A DNA stretch of 60,054 bases from Abditibacteriaceae bacterium (GCA_031425655.1 JANPJS010000108.1:1-60054); one strand, 5' to 3'; positions 27,094-37,891 are shown, counted from the stretch's first letter. The notes: generated by a model from the sequence alone, not told the origin. Numbers and translations are program-made.

Positions 27094-29637
27094 ATGGCTG
27101 CAAATCCGACAAATCCTCCGATGGGCGCGGCGCCCCTCGCACCGCAAAAGCCCGTTAAGTTTCGCCACTCATTCTGGTGGTATCTCAAGTGGGCGTTTTA
27201 TACGTTGGCGCTTTTGGTGTTTTGCGTGTTCGTGGCGGTGCTTTCCATCGGCTACGGCATCTACAATGAGCTTGAGAAAGTCGTGCCCGACACGCGCGTG
27301 ATAACGCGGCGCAGCAAGGTGGACACCACGCGAATTTACGCCGCCGACGGCAAAACGCTTTTAGCGGCCATTAAAGGCGAAGATCGCATCTGGAAGCCGT
27401 TCGACGAGTTGGTCAAAGATAAAAACGTCTGGATGAAGCTGCGAACGCCCGAAGACAAGATGTATAACGTGCGCAATATCCTTAAAGCCACATTGTCCAT
27501 CGAAGACGCGCGCTTTTATACCCATCCGGGCATGGATACCAAGCGATTGGCGGGCGCTCTGGTTTCCAACATGAAAAGCGGTAATATGGGGCAGGGCGGC
27601 TCGACGATTACCGAGCAACTGGCGGTTAATCTTTATCAATCGCGCGATAAAAGCGTCAGGCGGCGCTTGCAGGCGGCATTGTTGGCTTTGCAAATCGAGA
27701 GGCGTTTCAGCAAAGACGAAATTCTCGAACTTTACGTCAACGAAATCTATTACGGCAACGGCGCTTACGGCTGCGAGGCCGCGGCGCGCACCTATTTTAA
27801 CAAAAGCTCCGACCGCCTTTCGATAGGCGAAGCCGCGCTTTTAGCCGGCCTCCCGCAGCGTCCGAATTTTTACGATCCCTTCGACCGCTTCGACAACGCC
27901 AAAAAGCGCCAGCGCATCGTGCTGAGCGAGATGGTGGAAAACAAATACATCACGCGCGATCAGTATCGCGCGGCGGTCAACGACAAATCGGTGCAGCGCA
28001 CCATCGAGCGCGCCGAGCTTCGCCGCCGTCGTGAAAAGCGGTCGCCCGACCGCTGGGTCGCGCCTTATTTCGTGGCTTACGTCAAAGCTTATCTCGCCAA
28101 ACAATGGGATATTTCCGAAGATGCGCTGAAAAAAGGCGGTCTGAGAATCGTCACCACTTTGCAGCCGCAGTTGCAAAAGGAAGCCGAAAATACGCTGATT
28201 TCGCAACTGAAGCGCTTGTCGCGGCGTGGCGATTTGCAGGGCGCTCTGGTGTGCATTGATCCGTGGACGGGACACGTCGTTTCGATGGTCGGCGGGCGCG
28301 ATTATTATGATGAAGCGCATCGCGGTCAGTTCAACCGCGCGACGCAAGCGCGCCGCCAGCCCGGTTCGACGATGAAGCCTTATATTTATGCGGCGGCAAT
28401 GGAAATGGGCTACGCGCCGAAATCTCTGGTGATTGACAGCCCTCTTCATGTGGACGGCACACACGAGATACGCAAATCGCGCAATAGTCACGAGATCAAA
28501 AACTACGACTTTATTCATCGCGGCGGGCTGAGTTTTCAGCAAGCCATCGGGATGTCGAACAACGTCGCAGCCACGCGCGTGATGCTCAAAGTCGGCATTC
28601 CCGCCGTGATTCAAAAAGCGCATTTAATGGGCATTCAAAGCCCGCTTCGTCCGTGGGCGACTTTGGCCTTAGGCACCAGCGAAGTCACGCTTTTGGAACA
28701 CGTTTCGGCTTACGGCGTGTTCGCCACGCGCGGTTTGCGCGCCGAGCCGTGTCCGGTCGAGCGCGTGGAAAATTCGCTGGGCGAAGTGTTGGTAGATCAT
28801 CCGCACCCGGTGCGCGGCGCTCGCGTGATGAGCGCCGATGCCGGCAACAAAATGTGGGATATGCTGCGCTACGTTGTCACCAGCGGAACGGGTAGAGCGG
28901 CGGCGATTCCCAACGCCAGCGCCATCGGCAAAACCGGAACGACCAGTTCCAACAAAGACGTGTGGTATATGGGCGCCACCAAGCAACTGGTAACCGGAGT
29001 GTGGTTGGGCTACGATAAGCCGCGCGAATTGCGCGGCTCGTCGGGCGGACGCTGGTGCGCGCCGGTCTGGCGCAATTACATGAAGGATGCGGTTGAATTC
29101 TGGAACAAGCGCAACGTCGTCGAAAAGCTCGTCGAAGACTCGCGCCTGACCGAAGCGCGGCGTTTGGGCGCCAAGCAGGACATGAAATTGATTCGCGTGA
29201 ATTTGTGCAACGAAACCGGCCTGGTAGCGACGACGGCGTGTCCTTCGACGCGCGTCGAAGTTTATTCGTCGGCCAGTGGCGCGCCGCAGCAAGTCTGCTA
29301 CGTCCATGTGCCCCAAGCCCGCCCCGCTCGCTCGCTGGGCGACGGCGCCAACTCGCGCCCGAAACGCGGCGACTTGGGTTTCGATCCCAATCAGCCGGAT
29401 AGCGGCCAGCAACCTGCTGAGCCGCGTCCCGGCGAAGAGCGCGCCGACGACGGACGGTGGCTTGACCAGCCTGCGGCGGACAGCGGCGACGTGATTATTC
29501 ATTCCGACGGCACCGAGTCGCGCGGCATTCCCTCTAACGAAGGCACGCCGCTACGCTCGGAGGAAGACGCCGCGCCGCGCCGCGAACGCATCGCGCCCGA
29601 AGTCACTGCGCCTCCGGCGGGCGGCGACGGCTATTAA
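27094..29637 (+). CDS. Class A penicillin-binding protein (PBP1A family)
   Basis: EDARFYTH, GGSTITEQL; SxxK (STMK), SNN, KTG; N-terminal TM; ATG 27094 with GGAG SD. Confidence 0.93.
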   Translation: MAANPTNPPMGAAPLAPQKPVKFRHSFWWYLKWAFYTLALLVFCVFVAVLSIGYGIYNELEKVVPDTRVITRRSKVDTTRIYAADGKTLLAAIKGEDRIWKPFDELVKDKNVWMKLRTPEDKMYNVRNILKATLSIEDARFYTHPGMDTKRLAGALVSNMKSGNMGQGGSTITEQLAVNLYQSRDKSVRRRLQAALLALQIERRFSKDEILELYVNEIYYGNGAYGCEAAARTYFNKSSDRLSIGEAALLAGLPQRPNFYDPFDRFDNAKKRQRIVLSEMVENKYITRDQYRAAVNDKSVQRTIERAELRRRREKRSPDRWVAPYFVAYVKAYLAKQWDISEDALKKGGLRIVTTLQPQLQKEAENTLISQLKRLSRRGDLQGALVCIDPWTGHVVSMVGGRDYYDEAHRGQFNRATQARRQPGSTMKPYIYAAAMEMGYAPKSLVIDSPLHVDGTHEIRKSRNSHEIKNYDFIHRGGLSFQQAIGMSNNVAATRVMLKVGIPAVIQKAHLMGIQSPLRPWATLALGTSEVTLLEHVSAYGVFATRGLRAEPCPVERVENSLGEVLVDHPHPVRGARVMSADAGNKMWDMLRYVVTSGTGRAAAIPNASAIGKTGTTSSNKDVWYMGATKQLVTGVWLGYDKPRELRGSSGGRWCAPVWRNYMKDAVEFWNKRNVVEKLVEDSRLTEARRLGAKQDMKLIRVNLCNETGLVATTACPSTRVEVYSSASGAPQQVCYVHVPQARPARSLGDGANSRPKRGDLGFDPNQPDSGQQPAEPRPGEERADDGRWLDQPAADSGDVIIHSDGTESRGIPSNEGTPLRSEEDAAPRRERIAPEVTAPPAGGDGY

Positions 29638-29642
29638 AAGCA

Positions 29643-29674
29643 GAACGGGCCGCTACAAATGTCGCGGCCCGTTC
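29643..29674. terminator. Hairpin terminator between convergent genes
   Basis: gaacgggccgc ... gcggcccgttc followed by gttt. Confidence 0.65.
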
Positions 29675-29703
29675 GTTTGCGATGCTACTTTTGTCTGGGA
29701 TTC

Positions 29704-30306
29704 TCAACGTCCCAGTGTTTTGAGCAGAACTTTCTTGTGCGGCAAGCCTTCCCACACAGCACGCGCATTTCCATTCGCACCAACCACGATAACCGTCGGC
29801 ACACGACGCACGCCGTAACGCGCTGTAATTTGGCTTTTGCCGTCAATCACGACCGGGAAAAACAGCTTCCCCGACGCGAAAGCCGGGCGCGCGACAGGTT
29901 GTTGCGAGGCGTCAACAGCAACAATCACGAGCTTAACGCCGCGTTTTTCCAAATCGCCGCGCAGTTCGCCAAAATAGCGCGTTGCGTCTTTCCACGTGTC
30001 GCACCAGAACGCCCAAAACACGACGACCGTGGTTTTTTGTCCGCGCCAGCGCGCGAAATCGAGATCAGGCGCGCCTTTTTTAGCAAAGGACGAATCGCTC
30101 GCCAGCGGCAAAACCCAGCCCGGCGCGGCTTCGCCAACTTTGAGCGGCGCGCGATCTTCCCAGTAAGAGCCGGGCAGCAAAACCGAAGGCGTTTCTTGCA
30201 AGTTCGCGTCGCGGGCGGAAGCGGCGCCGTTTTGCGCATGAGCGCTGGGCGCCGCTAAAACGCACAGCAGCCAAAGCCAGAACGTGGTTATTGAAAAAGA
30301 ACGCAT
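29704..30306 (-). CDS. Exported TlpA-like redoxin with a single active-site Cys
   Basis: LKVGEAAP, VVFWAFWCDTW, YGVRRVPT; signal peptide ending AHA. Confidence 0.8.
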   Translation of the reverse strand: MRSFSITTFWLWLLCVLAAPSAHAQNGAASARDANLQETPSVLLPGSYWEDRAPLKVGEAAPGWVLPLASDSSFAKKGAPDLDFARWRGQKTTVVVFWAFWCDTWKDATRYFGELRGDLEKRGVKLVIVAVDASQQPVARPAFASGKLFFPVVIDGKSQITARYGVRRVPTVIVVGANGNARAVWEGLPHKKVLLKTLGR

Positions 30307-30319
30307 AAGAATCAAGAAT

Positions 30320-30386
30320 GGCGGGGCTATCGCCCTCTTCCAAACATGATGGCGCGACCTGTTTGGAAGAGGGCGATAGCCCCGCC
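30320..30386. repeat. REP-like palindrome, family C
   Basis: ggcggggctatcgccctcttccaaaca ... tgtttggaagagggcgatagccccgcc. Confidence 0.8.
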
Positions 30387-30392
30387 TCAATT

Positions 30393-33300
30393 TTACGGCG
30401 CCGACTCTGCCGCGACAGCCACGCTCGTTTGCGCCGAACGCGCATTGATGTTGGGACGATACATCGCTTCGATGCGCGCCGGCAGCGCAACGCGCGTTCC
30501 GGCTTGTTCGGGGCGCAAAATGTAACGCAAGTAAAACTGGCGCGGGGCATCTGCATCGCGCCGTTTGCCGGGCAAAAGCGACATGAAAAACGCCGCGCGG
30601 TCGTCGCGGTTTTCCCGGCGCGTGACCGGCAAAGGTTCCCAGCCAACTGGCGGATCAATCTGAATGCGACGGCAATCACAGGTCGGGTCAACTTCGTAGG
30701 CGATTTTCTGCGCCAGAGCGTCGTCTTCGGGCCGGAACTCGAAGCCGGAAGGAATCGGGTCTTCGAGCAGCAAATATTGATACGCCTTGCTCGTCGTGAC
30801 GCGCAAATCCACGCGCACCAAAGCGCCGTCGGGAAGCGGGCCGCTGATGGGCTGCCAGACGCCTGCGGCATCGCGGATAGAATAAATGCGCTCCAATCGC
30901 AGACCGTTTTGCGTGCTTGCGTCCAGCTTTTCGGGTGTGTAAGCCGTCATTTTCGCCGAATAATAAACCGCGCCCGCACCGTTGCGCTCGATGTCAATCT
31001 TCGCCCCGGCGGACAAATGCTCCAAGCGCACCAATGGGTCTTCACTGCCGATATTGGCCTTTGTAAAGCGCAGCACGCGCGCGACTTGGCCGTTTACCCG
31101 CAGCGTGATGGTTGCATTCGGCGCCAGTTCGCCCGCCGTGCGAAGATATGCCGCGAGAGCTAAAACGGCCTGCGAAGTGTCTTTGGTCGAGCGCCACGTC
31201 GCGCCTTCGCGTTGCAGCATCAGCCAGCGCAAGCCGGGCAAAATCAATGGCGAATTGGGTCGGGCCGCAATTTCAGCTTGAAGGGCGAGGGCTGTAGTTT
31301 CGATGTCCGAATCGCTCCAACCGCCGTCGCCGGTTTCGTTTTGCCACCAAACGCCCTCGCCCGACGATAGTGTTTCGCGTTTGGCGCGAGTTTCCAGTTT
31401 CGTCAACAGCGCGCCGGCTTGCGGATGCGAAATCTTTGTGGCTGCCAGCGCCAATGCGGCTAAGCCATAATTCGACAGCTTGTCCTGCACGCCGACGACG
31501 GCGCCGATGTAATCGTCTTTGGTGCCCAGTTCTTTGGCGATATTGACTTTGAACGCGCGCACGGCGCTGGCATAGCCCAGCATCATCCAGGCGCGAATAT
31601 CGGGTGAAATCGGCGTTGCTCGATCAGGGCGATCCGATTGCTGAAACAAGGTTTGCACAGCGCGCAGGCCAAGCACGATGCGTTCGCGCTCGACCGCGTA
31701 ACCGGCTTCGTGCGTCAGGGCCAAACCATAAAGCACGGCGCCGGTCATGGACGGGTCGGAATCGTCTTCGCGCCACCAGCCCCAGCCGCCGTCATCGTGT
31801 TGAAAAGCGTAGAGAATTTTCAGGCCCGCCGCGACTTGTTTGGGCAACTCTTTCATGCTCGCGGGCAGCGGTTGTTGAAGGTCGCGCAGCGTTTTGGCAG
31901 CGACCACGGCGGGCACGAAGCGCGACAAAGTTTGCTCGGTGCAGCCGTAAGGATACTGCGCCAAATTGGGCAAAGCGGCCAGCATCGGCCCGGCCAAAGA
32001 CGGCGACAGCGTCACTTCCAAGCGCGAAGCGTTTTCAATCGCGCCGGGCACGCTTAAATCCAAAGTGGCGTTTTTGGCCGTTCCGCTCAACGCGCCGCCG
32101 CCGATTTTCTGGACGCGAACGCCGTGCGCTTTGACCGGAAAATTCAGCTTCATGGCATCGGTCGAATCGTCGAAAGTGATGCCTGTTCCTTCGCCGCGCG
32201 CCGTCGAAGTCAGCGACATTTGGCCGGTCGGCGGCACGCTCGGCGCTTCGACATCCCAGTAAAACGAGGCCGAGCCATTCGCCGGCACGCTGCCGCTTTG
32301 CGCGCCTTGCGTTTCGGCCCCGACTGCACCGATTCCGGCGTTTTCGCCGCGCAGAGAAACGCGCAAATCCTGCTTAACCGATGTATTGTTTTGCACGATG
32401 ACTTGCACGCGCACACGGTCGTGCTGCGTCCAGAAGCGCGGCGTGATAAGGCGCACCAAAAGCGGCTTTGTCACTAATAATTCGGCGGTTGAAGCGCCGA
32501 TTGAGGTATCGAATGTGACGCCGCGCGCCGTTGCACGCCATGTTGTCAGGTTGTCCGGGAGGGGAATGCTAAGCTGCGCCACGCCCGCCGCGTCGGTTTG
32601 CACGAACGGGTTCCAATAAGCCGTATCCTCGAAGCGCGAACGCACCGTCACCGGCTTGTCAATGCGCTGATAGGAGCCGCCGTTCAGTTCTTCGGGCTGC
32701 GACCATTGCGTTGCCACGCGGTCGGCGCGCTGGGCATAAAAGAAGTCTTGCGGGTCGGGCGTTTCATCGGCGGCGAGGCTGTAAATCGCTTTATCCACAA
32801 GGCCGAGCGAGATTTCGGCGCTGCGCGGTTTGCCGGTTCCATCGGTGGCTTTGAGGCGATAAAGCGCGGTTTCGCCGGGCCGATATTTCAGTTTTTCGGG
32901 CGCGATGGCGATTTTTAACTGCTGCGCGGGCGACAACGAGCGCAAATACACGCTTTGCGCGTCCCACTCGCCGCCGCGCGCGAAACCGACCGTCAAATGC
33001 GCGCCGGGCGAAGCCGCAGCCGGCATTACGAACGAAAACGGCGTCGCCTGCGAAGTCAGATGCAGCACGCGATGAAAGAAAATGCGGTCGCTTTGCAACG
33101 TCACCAAAGCCCACGCGCCGGGTTCGGCGGTTAGAAAAAGAGCTTTGACGGTTTCGCCCGGCGCGACATCGGTTTTGTCGGCCAAAAGATCGAGGGCGGG
33201 AAAATCGAAGCCATAATAATTGCGCTCGCCGGGTTTAATGACCCACGTCGTGGCTTCGCCCACTTTTTCGCGGCCCAAACGGTCGGAGGCGCTCAATCGC

Positions 33301-35219
33301 GCGCGAATGTAGCCCCATTTGCCCAAACGCACCGAAATCGAAGCGCGTCCGCGCGCATCGGTTTGCACCCCTTCGTTAAAAAACTCGATTTCCTCGTTGA
33401 TGGTTCTCAATGCCAGCGTTTCGCGGTCTTTGACGGTTTTGGAGCGATAATAAAACAAGCGCACGCGCGCCTCGCCTGTAATCGGACGCCCGGCGGGGTC
33501 GCGCAAAGTCGCTTCCAATCGCGCGGTATTTTGCAGATCGTAAACCGCGCGGTCGAATTTCAGCGCGGGATTGACTTCGCTCCACGGCGCGGAAATCTGC
33601 GTGGTAGCTTCGACGATGCGATTGGCCGCATCCGTGACTTGCACGCGCAAAGTGCGCGTTTGGTCGCTACGAGACGAATCTTCGCGGTTGAGGACGTGGA
33701 TTTTGTGTTCGCCACGCGCGTCGAGCGTGGTTTCGCCGCTTTCATCGCCGGAAAAAACGATTTTCGCGCCTCTGACCGCGCCTCCGAAAAAGTAGCGCGC
33801 CTGCACTAAAACGTCGAAGGCTTCGCCCTGCGTCGCCCACGTTTTGCCGGGCTTCAAAAGCGGCGTCAAAATCACTTCGTATTCCGGCTTGCGATATTCC
33901 TGCACCGCGAAACGATTGTAAAACGGCGACGATGTTTTGCCGTCGGCCTCGAATAATTTCGTTTCCACCGAATAGCGGCCAACCGCCGCTTCGTCGGGCA
34001 ATTGCAGCGAGCCGGCGAAGGTGCCCATGCCGTTGGTTTTGAGTTCCAGCGTTTCGATTTTGCGATTGGCCGCGTCCGTGATTTCCACCGCGACACGCCG
34101 CGAAACCAGCGGTTTGTAAAGCGAATCTCCCGCGCGCATTCCGCGTAGCGCCAAATCTTCGCGCGCGATGCCTTTGAAAAACACTTTCTGGCCGGGCCGA
34201 TAAATCGGGCGTTCGGTGTAAAAAAGCAGCTTGTGCCCCGAATCGTCGCTTTGCGCCAGAGGCGCCGCGACTTCCTGAAGCGAACCGTCGGCGGATGTCG
34301 CCACCACTTTCATATCCCCGCTATCGGGCACGTTGTAAAAGCGCGCCACGCCATCGCTGCCCGCTTTTACGGCGCGCGGCGGGCCGGGTTTGCGGAGCCA
34401 AATCTCGCGCCCTTTAGCATCGGTTCCGCGCACTCCGGCGTCGTCCAAGCGCGCCGAAGCGCCTGCGATGGGCAGGCCGCTGGATAATCGCACCGCATAA
34501 ACCAAAACCTCGCGCGGTGCCCGTTTCACGGCGAGTCCCATGTCGGAAATTCGCACGTAGGCCAGCGATTGCAAATTGCCCGCGTGCGCCTGGGCCAAAT
34601 AAAGCCCCGGCGTCCGCAAAGGCACACGGAATTCGATGCTGTTCGGGTCGTCTTCGTCCTTCTTAACTTTTTTGCGCTGCGCGATTCCCTGCCACGCCGC
34701 TGTTTGCGAATTGCCTTCGCCGATTTTCCAAATTTGCAAGCGCGCGGTCTGCAAACGCCAGTTCGAGGCGGAAACCGTGAACGGCACTGCCGAAGACGGC
34801 TGCATCGTTCCCGGCGCGCTCAGCGACAGCGTTTTTACCGCAACGACAAAAGGCACAAGTCGAAATAATTCGCTGCTGGTGGCCATGCCCGCTCTGGCTT
34901 CGGCCAAATAAAGGCCGGCTGTTTTCAGAGGCGCGTAAAACGTCGTCTGGCCGTTTTGGGCCGCTTTTTGACCCGAAAAAACCAGATTTTGCGGTGTCAA
35001 GGCGCTGTTGGCGCTTTTCAAACTCCAAACGCGCAAACCCACATTTTCTAACGCGTTGCCTACAACCGTAAAAGGCACCTGACCGTTGGCAGGCAAGCCT
35101 TCGGGCGGTGCTAATGTAATCACGCGCGGGGTTGGCGCCGCCGCGAGAGGCTGAAAACCGCTGCACAACAGGCCGATGAGTAAAATTGTGAAGCGCAAAC
35201 GAGAAGGAGTATCAGTCAT
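30393..35219 (-). CDS. Bacterial alpha-2-macroglobulin family protein
   Basis: YTERPIYRPGQ (MG2), LPDNLTTWR, thioester YPYGCTEQ, STKDT, IEAMYRP; signal peptide. Confidence 0.93.
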   Translation of the reverse strand: MTDTPSRLRFTILLIGLLCSGFQPLAAAPTPRVITLAPPEGLPANGQVPFTVVGNALENVGLRVWSLKSANSALTPQNLVFSGQKAAQNGQTTFYAPLKTAGLYLAEARAGMATSSELFRLVPFVVAVKTLSLSAPGTMQPSSAVPFTVSASNWRLQTARLQIWKIGEGNSQTAAWQGIAQRKKVKKDEDDPNSIEFRVPLRTPGLYLAQAHAGNLQSLAYVRISDMGLAVKRAPREVLVYAVRLSSGLPIAGASARLDDAGVRGTDAKGREIWLRKPGPPRAVKAGSDGVARFYNVPDSGDMKVVATSADGSLQEVAAPLAQSDDSGHKLLFYTERPIYRPGQKVFFKGIAREDLALRGMRAGDSLYKPLVSRRVAVEITDAANRKIETLELKTNGMGTFAGSLQLPDEAAVGRYSVETKLFEADGKTSSPFYNRFAVQEYRKPEYEVILTPLLKPGKTWATQGEAFDVLVQARYFFGGAVRGAKIVFSGDESGETTLDARGEHKIHVLNREDSSRSDQTRTLRVQVTDAANRIVEATTQISAPWSEVNPALKFDRAVYDLQNTARLEATLRDPAGRPITGEARVRLFYYRSKTVKDRETLALRTINEEIEFFNEGVQTDARGRASISVRLGKWGYIRARLSASDRLGREKVGEATTWVIKPGERNYYGFDFPALDLLADKTDVAPGETVKALFLTAEPGAWALVTLQSDRIFFHRVLHLTSQATPFSFVMPAAASPGAHLTVGFARGGEWDAQSVYLRSLSPAQQLKIAIAPEKLKYRPGETALYRLKATDGTGKPRSAEISLGLVDKAIYSLAADETPDPQDFFYAQRADRVATQWSQPEELNGGSYQRIDKPVTVRSRFEDTAYWNPFVQTDAAGVAQLSIPLPDNLTTWRATARGVTFDTSIGASTAELLVTKPLLVRLITPRFWTQHDRVRVQVIVQNNTSVKQDLRVSLRGENAGIGAVGAETQGAQSGSVPANGSASFYWDVEAPSVPPTGQMSLTSTARGEGTGITFDDSTDAMKLNFPVKAHGVRVQKIGGGALSGTAKNATLDLSVPGAIENASRLEVTLSPSLAGPMLAALPNLAQYPYGCTEQTLSRFVPAVVAAKTLRDLQQPLPASMKELPKQVAAGLKILYAFQHDDGGWGWWREDDSDPSMTGAVLYGLALTHEAGYAVERERIVLGLRAVQTLFQQSDRPDRATPISPDIRAWMMLGYASAVRAFKVNIAKELGTKDDYIGAVVGVQDKLSNYGLAALALAATKISHPQAGALLTKLETRAKRETLSSGEGVWWQNETGDGGWSDSDIETTALALQAEIAARPNSPLILPGLRWLMLQREGATWRSTKDTSQAVLALAAYLRTAGELAPNATITLRVNGQVARVLRFTKANIGSEDPLVRLEHLSAGAKIDIERNGAGAVYYSAKMTAYTPEKLDASTQNGLRLERIYSIRDAAGVWQPISGPLPDGALVRVDLRVTTSKAYQYLLLEDPIPSGFEFRPEDDALAQKIAYEVDPTCDCRRIQIDPPVGWEPLPVTRRENRDDRAAFFMSLLPGKRRDADAPRQFYLRYILRPEQAGTRVALPARIEAMYRPNINARSAQTSVAVAAESAP

Positions 35220-35281
35220 AACATCACTTTGTAAGTTACCGTTAAGAATTGTATCGTTGTTTGCGAAAAAGGCAAGGGCAG

Positions 35282-35394
35282 GCCGGTTGAAACCGACCAC
35301 TGGAAAAGCAAAGCCTGCCTTCGCAGGCTTAAATCAAAGGCCTGTGAGTCCGCGGAGGCGGACTTCGCCTTTGCAGACGCCGGTTTCAACCAGC
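35282..35394. repeat. REP-like composite palindrome
   Basis: ccggttgaaaccg / agcctgccttcgcaggct ... agtccgcggaggcggact / cggtttcaacc paired hairpins. Confidence 0.65.
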
Positions 35395-35412
35395 GGCACG
35401 CCGCGTCGCATT

Positions 35413-36024
35413 TCACGGTGCGCTTTCCCGAAAGCGCACGGCGACGAGTTCGAGCAATTGCGCGGGCGCGTTTTCGCTTAAGCCGGCTTTGCGCTTAGCC
35501 CATTTTTCGTGAATCGCCGCGTCGCGGCCCTCGAACGGCAGCACGATGCCGATTTTCGAGCCGCTGCGGGCGATGAGGCCGTTTTTTTGAGCGTCGTGCG
35601 CGGCTAATGAAGCTATCGGCTGCACGCGCAGCACAACGGTCAGCGAGATTAAGCATTGCGGCAGTTCGTTCAAGCGTAGCGGTTTAACGCGGCGGTCGCG
35701 CGAGCAGGCGGCGACTGTGTTGCGAATGATTTCCTCGCCCAACGTGCGCGAAACCGGCTGCAAAGTGCCTCGACAGCCGCGCGGCGCGATTTGGCCGCGC
35801 TTTTCGACGGTCACAAATACGGCGCCGCGTCGTTTCAGGGCGGGCGGCAGATTCGCGGGCACAAGCAGAATTTGCCCGTTCGTCAAAAATGTTTGCATGG
35901 CACGGCGCGCTAAGCTCAGCGCGGCGTTTTGCACCGGCGCCGTTTCGAGTTGCGCGGCCCAATCGTCGGCGCAAAGCGGAAGCGCCGCGAAGGCGACAAA
36001 ACAAAGTAAAATCTGAAAGCGCAT
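35413..36024 (-). CDS. AMMECR1-domain protein with signal peptide
   Basis: GAVFVTV, RGCRGT, DRR..PL...EL, GIVLP, AKRKAGL; hydrophobic N-terminus. Confidence 0.82.
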   Translation of the reverse strand: MRFQILLCFVAFAALPLCADDWAAQLETAPVQNAALSLARRAMQTFLTNGQILLVPANLPPALKRRGAVFVTVEKRGQIAPRGCRGTLQPVSRTLGEEIIRNTVAACSRDRRVKPLRLNELPQCLISLTVVLRVQPIASLAAHDAQKNGLIARSGSKIGIVLPFEGRDAAIHEKWAKRKAGLSENAPAQLLELVAVRFRESAP

Positions 36025-36159
36025 GGAGTTTTAAATCACCTGAAAAGGCGCATAATGGCAAGCGAGCAAAGTGTCATCGCTCAGCACATTCGGGACAATA
36101 ATTCAATGCGCGATTCCAAAGAAATACAATGGAAACGCCCTTGTGGCAAGCTTTAAAAC

Positions 36160-37665
36160 ATGATGGACGCTTCGGTTTTGCGGCGTTTTGAAAATTTGAT
36201 TCGCGCGCGTTCGGGGCTGAATATGCGCCCGCAGGAAGCGCATCTGCTGGGCAAAACGCTGGCGGCGCGGATGCAGGCGTTTCGCTTCACCTCGCCCGAA
36301 CCCTATCTCGATTTGCTGATTTCCGATAGGGCTGAGGATGAATGGACTCATTTATTCGTGCTGTTGACGAATCAGGAAAGCTATTTTTTCCGTGATTACG
36401 GCCAACTGAAAGCGATTCGTGACCATATTTTGCCCGAACTGGTTCGGCGCCATCATCACTCGCGCACGCTGCGCATTTGGAGCGCGGGCTGCTCGACGGG
36501 CGAAGAACCGTATTCTCTGGCGATGATGCTGGACGAAGTGCTGCCTTTTCGACAAGGCTGGCAGGTTTTGATTTTGGGCACCGATCTCAGCCAATCCGCT
36601 TTGGAGCGAGCGCGGGCCGGCGTTTACGGCGCTTGGTCGTTTCGCGCCTTCGATAAAGCCAAACAAGAGCGGTTTTTCACGGCGCGCGGCAACAAATGGG
36701 AAGTCAAGCCGCACTTGCGCAGCAGCGTGACTTTTGCCTCCGGCAACTTGCTGCTCGACGAATTTCCTAATGGTTCCAGCGAATTGCATGACATAGATTT
36801 GATTCTGTGCCGCAATGTTTTCATTTATTTTGGGCGCGATGCCGTGGCGCGTGTGCTGCGTAAGTTCCGCGCGACTTTGCGGCCCGAAGCTTATCTGGTC
36901 ACGGGGCACGCCGAGTTGCACGATGTGGCGCTGGGCGATTTGCAGGCGCGCACTTTTCCGCAAACCGTGATCTATCAGCGAGGCGGTGCCGTGCCGCGCG
37001 AAAGCAAAGCCGCTGCGATTCCGGCCAAACCTGAACCCGCTAAGCCCGAATCGGCCAAACCAACACTCATGGCGCCGAATGTCGCGCCGGCTGCCACGCG
37101 CCCGCCCGCCCAAAGCAATTTCATCGCGCCTAAAGAAGTTTCAATCGCGCCGGCTGCCGAAACGGCGGACGTGACGCTCGAAGCCACGAAGTTGCTTCGG
37201 TCGAAGCGTCATAAAGAGGCGCTGGAAATTTTGTTGGCTTTATTAGAACGCGAGCCGCGCAATTTAGCGGCGCTCTGTCTGGCGGCGCAGGCGCAGGCCA
37301 ACGCGGGGCGTTTGGACGAGGCCGAGTCGCTGTGCCGCCGTGCCATCGAAATGTCGTCGTTTGTGCCGATGCCGTATCATTTGCTGGCGCGCATCGCCGA
37401 AGAGCGCGGCGACAGCGCAGATGCCAAAGTTCTGCTGAAAAAAGTGATCTATCTCAATCCGGCCTCGGTGCGTAGTTACCTCGAACTCAGCGCCATTTAT
37501 GCGCGCGAAGGTGATGCGCTGCGTGCCTCGCAAATGCAGCGCACCGCGCTTGAAGTATTGAACGATTTAAACGAAAACGAGGCGCTGCCCGCCGACGAAT
37601 ATGCCATCGAGCAACACTTAACGGTCGGCGAACTCAAACGCCAATTGCAAACCAACATCGGCTAA
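36160..37665 (+). CDS. cheR: CheR-type methyltransferase with C-terminal TPR (WspC-like)
   Basis: ESYFFRD, IWSAGCSTGEEPYS, CRNVFIYF, TPR tail. Confidence 0.92.
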   Translation: MMDASVLRRFENLIRARSGLNMRPQEAHLLGKTLAARMQAFRFTSPEPYLDLLISDRAEDEWTHLFVLLTNQESYFFRDYGQLKAIRDHILPELVRRHHHSRTLRIWSAGCSTGEEPYSLAMMLDEVLPFRQGWQVLILGTDLSQSALERARAGVYGAWSFRAFDKAKQERFFTARGNKWEVKPHLRSSVTFASGNLLLDEFPNGSSELHDIDLILCRNVFIYFGRDAVARVLRKFRATLRPEAYLVTGHAELHDVALGDLQARTFPQTVIYQRGGAVPRESKAAAIPAKPEPAKPESAKPTLMAPNVAPAATRPPAQSNFIAPKEVSIAPAAETADVTLEATKLLRSKRHKEALEILLALLEREPRNLAALCLAAQAQANAGRLDEAESLCRRAIEMSSFVPMPYHLLARIAEERGDSADAKVLLKKVIYLNPASVRSYLELSAIYAREGDALRASQMQRTALEVLNDLNENEALPADEYAIEQHLTVGELKRQLQTNIG

Positions 37666-37667
37666 AA

Positions 37668-37845
37668 GTTTGTGTCCGAATAAAGTTATTTGAGTAAAAA
37701 CGGCCCGATGGCAAAAAATGGCGGGCAAAAAATAACAGCATCCTTGGTCTTTCGGATGATCAATGCCACTTTTTCGCTATTTTTTGCCACTCCATTTTTT
37801 GCCACTCAAAGGCAAAGCCCTCAATAACTCTTTTCGAACACAGGC
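37668..37845. repeat. Degenerate MITE-like palindrome
   Basis: Imperfect TIR tgtgtccgaataaagttatt / aataactcttttcgaacaca; internal ggcaaaaaat / attttttgcc inverted units. Confidence 0.55.
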
Positions 37846-37891
37846 ATAAGGCTACGCGACAACTTCTGCCGCGTTAAACTTCCGGCACTTC

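Noticed and set aside
27094..29637. PBP1C partner of alpha-2-macroglobulin
   Set aside because: Opposite strand and PBP1A-like, with no recognisable PBP1C C-terminal domain.
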